From contig CAZQQS010000012.1 in the NCBI GenBank assembly GCA_964595665.1, forward strand, positions 9,679-15,946: 6,268 nucleotides of DNA. Direction: 5' to 3'. The stretch's first letter is position 1, and the number at the start of each line of letters is the position of its first letter. A program made the position numbers and the translations under genes. This DNA comes from an uncultured archaeon (lineage in GTDB: Archaea > Iainarchaeota > Iainarchaeia > Iainarchaeales > 0-14-0-20-30-16). Below, piece by piece: positions 5,601 through 6,268 of the stretch. A model generated the notes under the pieces. It saw only the letters and a list, made by a program, of their open reading frames with translations, was not told where the DNA came from and searched no databases.

Positions 5601-6242
5601 ATGAGAATATCGGAAGTTCAGCGTAAGATTGCTGTTTTATTATTAGTTGAGCCAAAAACCATAGAAGAGATTAATAAACAATTGGATTTGGGTTTTGAAG
5701 CAATAACATCAGAAATTAATAATATGTTAAAATTAGGCTTGATTAAGAAAACAAATGATTTTCCAACAAAATATGTTTTAGATGATCATATTATAGCTGA
5801 ATTAAAAAAGAGAAAGGAAATCTCAGAAAAAGATTCTTATAAAATAAAAGTTCAAATGATTATTGATGTGGAAGGTTTAGTTAAAGAAGTTGTTGAAAAA
5901 CATTTAGATAATATTAAAGGTATAATTGAAAAGGAAAAAGATATCACATTATACGATATTAAAATTTCTGATTTGTTAGCTCAAGATAACAATTATTTTG
6001 GATATTTAAATATTATTTGTACAGTAAAAGATTTTTCTACTTTGGTTAGAATTGTAATGTTTTATGCTCCCAGTTCAATAGAAATCTTAGCACCAAATAA
6101 ATTAGAAATTTCTTTATATGAATTACAAGATGGTTTAATTGAATTGAGTCAAAAAACTCAAATATATATTAAAGAGTTGCAAAAAAGATTAACAAAAGAA
6201 GAAACTGAAAGAGCAGTAAGCAAATTTTATAAACCACAATAG
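5601..6242 (+). CDS. Putative DNA-binding protein: N-terminal winged helix-turn-helix plus an uncharacterised C-terminal alpha/beta domain and terminal helix
   Basis: 213-aa ORF with ATG at 5601 and TAG at 6240-6242. Residues about 5-60 (EVQRKIAVLLLVEPKTIEEINKQLDLGFEAITSEINNMLKLGLIKKTNDFPTKYVL) have the helix / turn / recognition-helix / wing layout of ArsR/MarR/TrmB-type wHTH proteins. I do not recognise a family for residues about 80-185. The tail (KELQKRLTKEETERAV) looks helical. Confidence 0.55.
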   Translation: MRISEVQRKIAVLLLVEPKTIEEINKQLDLGFEAITSEINNMLKLGLIKKTNDFPTKYVLDDHIIAELKKRKEISEKDSYKIKVQMIIDVEGLVKEVVEKHLDNIKGIIEKEKDITLYDIKISDLLAQDNNYFGYLNIICTVKDFSTLVRIVMFYAPSSIEILAPNKLEISLYELQDGLIELSQKTQIYIKELQKRLTKEETERAVSKFYKPQ

Positions 6243-6246
6243 TTAC

Positions 6247-6264
6247 AAACATTTTTAATGTTTT
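6247..6264 (+). terminator. Weak AT-rich hairpin with T-runs after the wHTH gene
   Basis: AAACATT (6247-6253) pairs with AATGTTT (6257-6263) around a TTT loop. A T5 run (6252-6256) and a T4 run (6261-6264) begin 5 nt after the stop codon. The window ends at 6268, so context is missing. Confidence 0.25.
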
Positions 6265-6268
6265 AGAT

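Noticed and set aside
5830-6160. Possible resemblance of the wHTH protein's C-terminal domain to the aEF-1beta / ferredoxin-like fold
   Set aside because: This rests only on a loose strand-helix pattern seen by eye with no conserved motif. It is not supportable without profile or structure comparison.
1-6268. Search for CRISPR repeats, tRNA/rRNA genes, transposase/integrase genes, terminal inverted repeats or long direct repeats
   Set aside because: I saw none. There are no GC-rich cloverleaf-capable segments, no regularly spaced repeats, and no mobile-element ORFs. The short AT-rich repeats (for example TTATATAT twice) are explained as promoter elements.

Overview
Very AT-rich, tightly packed window that looks archaeal and may come from a reduced genome such as a DPANN-type or other small AT-rich archaeon. 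That lineage call is inference only. The evidence is an archaeal-type Mre11, class III (type IV pilin-like) signal peptides, and TATA-like boxes about 26 nt upstream of start codons. I support seven protein genes. Four are housekeeping or near-housekeeping: a peptidase-U32 / Fe-S RNA-hydroxylase-family protein (45-1241 +), Mre11 (1242-2450 -, start re-placed downstream of the ORF-track start), a CYTH (triphosphate-tunnel) protein (2501-3049 +) and CTP synthase pyrG (3041-4639 -, TTG start). The accessory-looking part is at the right end. It is a two-gene minus-strand pilin-like cassette: a 165-aa class III signal-peptide protein at 4997-5494, plus a 53-aa pilin-like ORF at 4827-4988 that is below the ORF-track size cutoff. 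This cassette is transcribed divergently from a 213-aa protein with a winged-helix N-terminus and an uncharacterised C-terminal domain (5601-6242 +). No pilus assembly genes, Rad50, RNA genes, CRISPR or mobile elements are visible. Other notable points are stop-to-stop abutting or overlapping convergent genes with oligo-T terminator tracts inside the opposing coding sequence, and a 50-bp divergent spacer with one AT-rich box equidistant from both start codons. Mre11 also has non-canonical motifs. All family calls rest on motif recognition by eye, with no searches run.
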